A stretch of DNA of 55,664 nucleotides, counting the filler, from Platydemus manokwari (taxonomy: Eukaryota): the NCBI GenBank assembly GCA_037951405.1. It is 5 parts of 5 records of this genome, joined end to end, with 100 filler letters (N's around TTAATTAATTAA, not from the genome) between each part and the next. Parts side by side here need not be neighbours in the genome. Positions count along the whole stretch, not along the records: positions 44,280 to 55,664 come from JBBMOY010712207.1; 4 more parts are not named here. One strand, given 5' to 3'. Positions 50,747-55,664 of the stretch are shown here, in pieces; positions within the stretch are counted from its first letter, which is position 1; each line of letters opens with the position of its first letter. The notes under the pieces are model-generated. The model searched no databases. It worked only from the letters and a program-made list of their open reading frames with translations, and was not told the origin of the DNA. A program made the translations under genes and the position numbers.

Positions 50747-53547
50747 TCATTCATGGGGAAATATTCACAGATTTTTTTCGATCATAATTTTTAGCCTGTT
50801 CTGATTTTCCCGCGCTTGAAAGAAATTATTATTTCTAAATTGTCCTTGTTATTTTAAATATCTGGCAATTATTTATTTCTCGAAATTTTTATTTCTCATG
50901 GGAATTCATTTAAAGCCTGATTTTATATTCACCTGGTAATATATTCTCCGAGGTCTTCTTTCCCAAAAAATCAATACAACACAATATAAAATCGATACAA
51001 TTTTACACTAAAATAAGAAATACAATTTTCCAAAATGAATTAAAGAGACAAAAAAATGCCATAACATTTTCCGGTCAATGAAAATTATTACAATGTTTTC
51101 TTAATCGATTATATTTTAATGCATTGATATAAATTTTTACGGTTATATATCAAAAATAAAAATACACACAAATCAATTCGTTAATTTTGGTCAGGTGTTA
51201 TCCAATTGAGGATTAAAAGAGCTGATCCCAAATACCGAAAAATAAATAACAAGGCAAAATAGATAAGCAATCATTAAACCAATATCAATAAATGATAGCA
51301 ATCGATAAATGATAGCCAATTATCCAGGATTTTTTTCTTTTTTAATTATGATGAGTTTCAGTTCGGTTAGAAAAATTATATATATGATTTTCATTGATAT
51401 GAAAAGATTATGTAATGTATAAAAAACACTAAACAGTGCTTCTGCTGTCTTATAACTGGTGGCAAAATTCATTTCTATTTATAGTCGAACCTAAGCTGTT
51501 CCATTATTAAACGGTTTTTAACTCTTTTGAATAAGATTGAACTTAATTGATCGAACACCTATTTGAGTTGCTATAGGCATCGAGCTGTTATGTTATCTAA
51601 ATTTGAGGGTGGAATTGCGATGCATATTATTTGAATCTCACGTACTTTTATCGATATCTACTTTCAAAGAATATCACTCGAGGAGATAAAATACCACAAT
51701 TTCTATCTGGAGCAAATCTTCTCTTTAATTTTAATGTTGTCTAATGAAAAAAAATTTTTATCGTAAAGACAAATCCCAGAATTAGATTTCTTAACACTTT
51801 AAAACTCTTCTGTTTCAGACAAATATAGCCAATCAATGAATAAAAAACCAGATAAAGTGAAACATTTTTGGATGTCATTTTGCATCACTGACAAACAGAA
51901 ATTACCAAACATGAAAATCCATAAATGAATGAAAGCGACTTAAACAATTAGCCACCAATAAAATCATCTCGTCAAAAGTTAGTAATTTTATGCATACACG
52001 GGTGTTTAAATTTTCAGTGCATAAAAAAAAGTCAGTACCGAGTTTGCTATTGACAGGTTTGAGTCTGGGTAGCGTTTGTTTATTTAAATTTTGTTTTAAT
52101 AAAGTTAATATAAATTAATAATTTTTAATAGATAATGACGAATGTTTCACATTAAGCTGGATTCAAATACCGCGAACCTATTTCTTCCAGATCAGCATTT
52201 TTTATCGAGCTTCATACATTGAGAATATTTATTCACAACTCTACTTAAATTAAAAATTGTAAAATAAAAATAAGATAAATACCCTTTATTTAAAATAGCT
52301 TGGTTTGACAAAGAAAATAAAATTGCATTTTACAAAAAAGACAAATAAATTTTTCCTTAACAAAGTCAAAAGAAATTTCAAAATAGGAACAAACAAAGAC
52401 CGTTTGTTTAAAGAAATAAAGACATTTATTTAAAAAAGAACGCGCGGTTTTCAAAGAAATAACGCACACATGATTGAAACAGGCCGCAAAGAGGGCCAAC
52501 ACACAAAGGTAGAAGTAAATAAAGAAATATTGCTTGTAATTTACTGTTACCCTCGACAAATTTGGCACAACAATTATTTGAGAAGATTCCTACATTCCTT
52601 TCGAATAATTATTATCCCCGACGTAAATTTAATTTAAATAAAATCGATTGTGTTCAAGGCCACGTAAACGGTTTTGTGAAATTCATCAATTTTAAACTTT
52701 CGTCTAAATTAAACATCTTTTCTAGCTATAAAGATTGTGTTCGGTCATCTTAGGTGTCACAGCTGATTGCAAAAATTATCTGGAATAAGAATCGCCACAA
52801 AAGTTAAACAATTGTTGTCATTTTATTTTTATCTATCTTTGTTTTCATTAAATAATCAATAAATTTGTAGATTATAGATTTTTATTATCTATTATCATTT
52901 ATAACATTTTATTCTGGCCGAAGACCGGCTTTTTCCACTGAAGCGGAGCAAGATAGTTAGGTGAAACACTCAATATTATTTGAAGCATCTTTGGAGTCAG
53001 TTTGCATATGAAAGTCAATCGCATCTTATTGATTTTATAGTATTCCAAATTATTCGATAATTAATGAAATATATTTTATTAGTGTATATATTTTATTGAT
53101 TCTATTGAATTTTTATTATTTATATTTTTAATATTATTAGTTACTATAATGCCGATTGATCGAAAGCAACAACAGCCTTAATTTCAAAATCATTTTAAAA
53201 TTCTTCTGATATAAATATTGATCAATAATTTTTACATATTGTATCTTTTTAATTTGAAAGCATCCTAACTCACAATCTTTAACATAACTCTGTCACTATT
53301 TTTAGTGACCATGAACAAATTTGAAAATTGTGTAAATATAATTTTATTGATCTTTTGTTTCGTAAAAAAATTTTTGAATTCGTGATCAGTTTGAAATTAA
53401 AAGGATGTGGTTTCAATAAATAAATGGAAAAAAATTACTCTCGATATCGATATTAAATAAGTTCATTATAAGATTATTCCCCAAAGACAAGAACCAGCAA
53501 ACAATTAATTTTATAATTATCAAAATCAAAATTTAATCCTTTCTTAA

Positions 53548-53780
53548 CCCTTTCAATACGACTTTTGGCCAGTGAAAATATTTTTGTATTACTGAACTAT
53601 ATGTGCTACAAATAAATAGAGGAACATATTTACATAATTTCAGATTTTTAGGATATATGGTTTTTTGAAAAAATGCCTTGAGACACACATGTCCCTGCAG
53701 TGGTTTAATGCGAATATTTTTCGCATCAGTAATTTTTGAACATTCTCTGGGACGTATATATCCCCGCAGTATTGGAAGGG
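53548..53780 (-). mobile_element. piggyBac-type MITE, copy 2 (233 bp)
   Basis: TTAA on both sides; TIR CCCTTTCAATAC / GTATTGGAAGGG; reverse-complement homologue of 41197-41431. Confidence 0.9.
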
Positions 53781-55664
53781 TTAAATTGATATAATTGTAA
53801 TTATTTTCAATTTAGATGCAGTATCATGGGTGCTAAAGTTAATGGAATTCTTTTCGGATCATCTAGGAGTTTTACAATCAACTGATAAGGCTTGGAGCTA
53901 TTTATCGAATTGAATAAATACCAAAAAATAATAGAAAGGGCTATTCTTTAACCAGAAAGACTTGTGTCGACACAAATGCTATTAAAACTTTGCCATTGAA
54001 TTGATTTGAATTTTTTATAATATCAAGAAACTTCAAAGCAATTGAAGAAATGATAGAAATTGAAATTTGATGTCGATTGAATGATAATTGAGTCTTACAA
54101 GTGCAATTCAATGAGTGAATAGTTTGATAAATCTACAAGATTTCCTAGAAAACGTAAAGTTTTGAAAAAATATAATGAAAATTAAAAAAAATAAATAAGA
54201 ATTACAAAAATTATTCAGTTCGATGTATTTTCAGGGATCATTTTATAAACAAATTCTCTCTCTAACATGGTTAGAATATAATATTTTGTTGTTGAAAAAA
54301 TTATTGATCATAATAATTGTTTGATAACAAATAATATTAAATAATTATTTCCTCTTCTCTGTATTCTACAACAAAAGGTGAATAAAGGAGTCTAAATAAA
54401 GTGCTTTTGAAGCAATAAGTTAATAGAATGATTTCCGCAAATGGTTATCATTTGGGACGATCTGAAAAAGGTTTCACTCACACACTATCGAGATTTATTG
54501 AAATAAACATTTTATAATTGGTTTAATCGTGTCTCGAATGATTTTAAAACCATTCTAAAACGACTCAGATGAACAATATCGATCGGTGATAATTATCATT
54601 TATACTGATGAAAATATTTTGTAAACGTACATGCAGAAAACACGTCAATTTAGATACAATCAATTGAATGGAATAATAAACAGCCAATAGAAATCGACTT
54701 AGGCTAAATTTAACTAAAATTAGCAAAAATTTAAGACGAAACACACACATTCATGCTTAAAAACTATCATTGAGAAAGGAAACATTTTACAAAAAGTTTG
54801 GATTATTTTTTTTATGAAATAAAATGATAGACATTTCTATTCGTATTTTCCTGATGTTACTGGTCTAGTTTGCTAAACTGTTACTTCATACAAAAATTAT
54901 ATTTCGAAAACCAAAACCTTATTGAGCCATTGTTTAAGATAGTCCAAATACATGATATTTTTGTTAGTTATGCGAATCAAATAATTTAAATACTTCAAGA
55001 ACTGAGAATTCTAATATTTAAAAGATTATTTTCAAACTAAATGAAGAATTATATTTGATTTTGATTTTTTTTCTTATTCTTTAAATATAACTCGGTATTT
55101 TCAAATGAGTTACGCAAGCTTTTTTGACATAACATTTATACAAAATTGAAAATTTTTTTAAATAATCAGAGCATTGTTGATTATATTTGTGTTGTCTAAC
55201 AATGCAAATATAATCTCAAAGCTCCAATGGAACATAGAATATTTCGGAGCGCAACAACAGTCACAAACTGTCCCAAGACATAGTAAACAAAGTTTTGCAA
55301 GGAATTGAATCGTTTCATTAATTTATCTGTTTATCTTTCTTGAAATTTTATTAGAACAAACTTTGTTTGTGTTGCATGAATTGAGTAGAATATTTATTGT
55401 GTTTTTCGTGAAAATTAAAATATTTATTGAAAATTATTTTATAAATAAGATTAATTTTAAATAAATTAAATTTCCAAATATAAAAATATATAGTTTACAG
55501 ATTAGGATCAGTGTATGAATATGTGAATATAACTGAATTTTACAATTAAAGATACTTCAAACCGTTTAAAATAGATTAGGAAAAATGATCAAGGTAAACT
55601 GAGGTTCTACATTTAGTATTATTAGTAGTATTATTATTAATTTAAAAAACAAGTTAATTTCTAT

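Noticed and set aside
51995-52200. Tc1/mariner-like end (TA-CACGGGTGTTTAAAT)
   Set aside because: No matching second TIR or transposase remnant found.
1-55664. tRNA, rRNA or spliced-leader RNA genes
   Set aside because: Isolated GGTTCG motifs (42921, 47942) have no cloverleaf context; nothing supportable by eye.

Overview
AT-rich eukaryotic (animal-like) DNA made of five contigs (1-11455, 11556-23602, 23703-34904, 35005-44179, 44280-55664). They are joined by identical artificial 100-bp spacers (44 N + TTAATTAATTAA + 44 N), so neighbours across spacers are probably not real neighbours. Contigs 1, 3, 4 and 5 share repeat families and carry divergent standard-code genes on the minus strand: insulin-degrading enzyme (12 exons visible, one GC-AG intron), a probable FERM-C protein with a long S/T-rich tail, the 3' end of WDR59 (GATOR2) and an intronless TAF1C-like gene. 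They also hold decayed Ty3/Gypsy pieces, two related LTR-like elements, a Buster-type hAT deletion derivative and two piggyBac-type MITEs. Contig 2 is a 12-kb array of about 90 units of 129 bp or 135 bp in alternating subfamily blocks. It looks like satellite DNA but has strong codon-phase structure. Its best-looking frame (+ strand) is interrupted almost only by TAA/TAG, often exchanging with CAA/CAG. This suggests a helical repeat-protein sequence written in a UAR=Gln genetic code, possibly from another organism. That reading is a hypothesis made by eye and has not been tested computationally.
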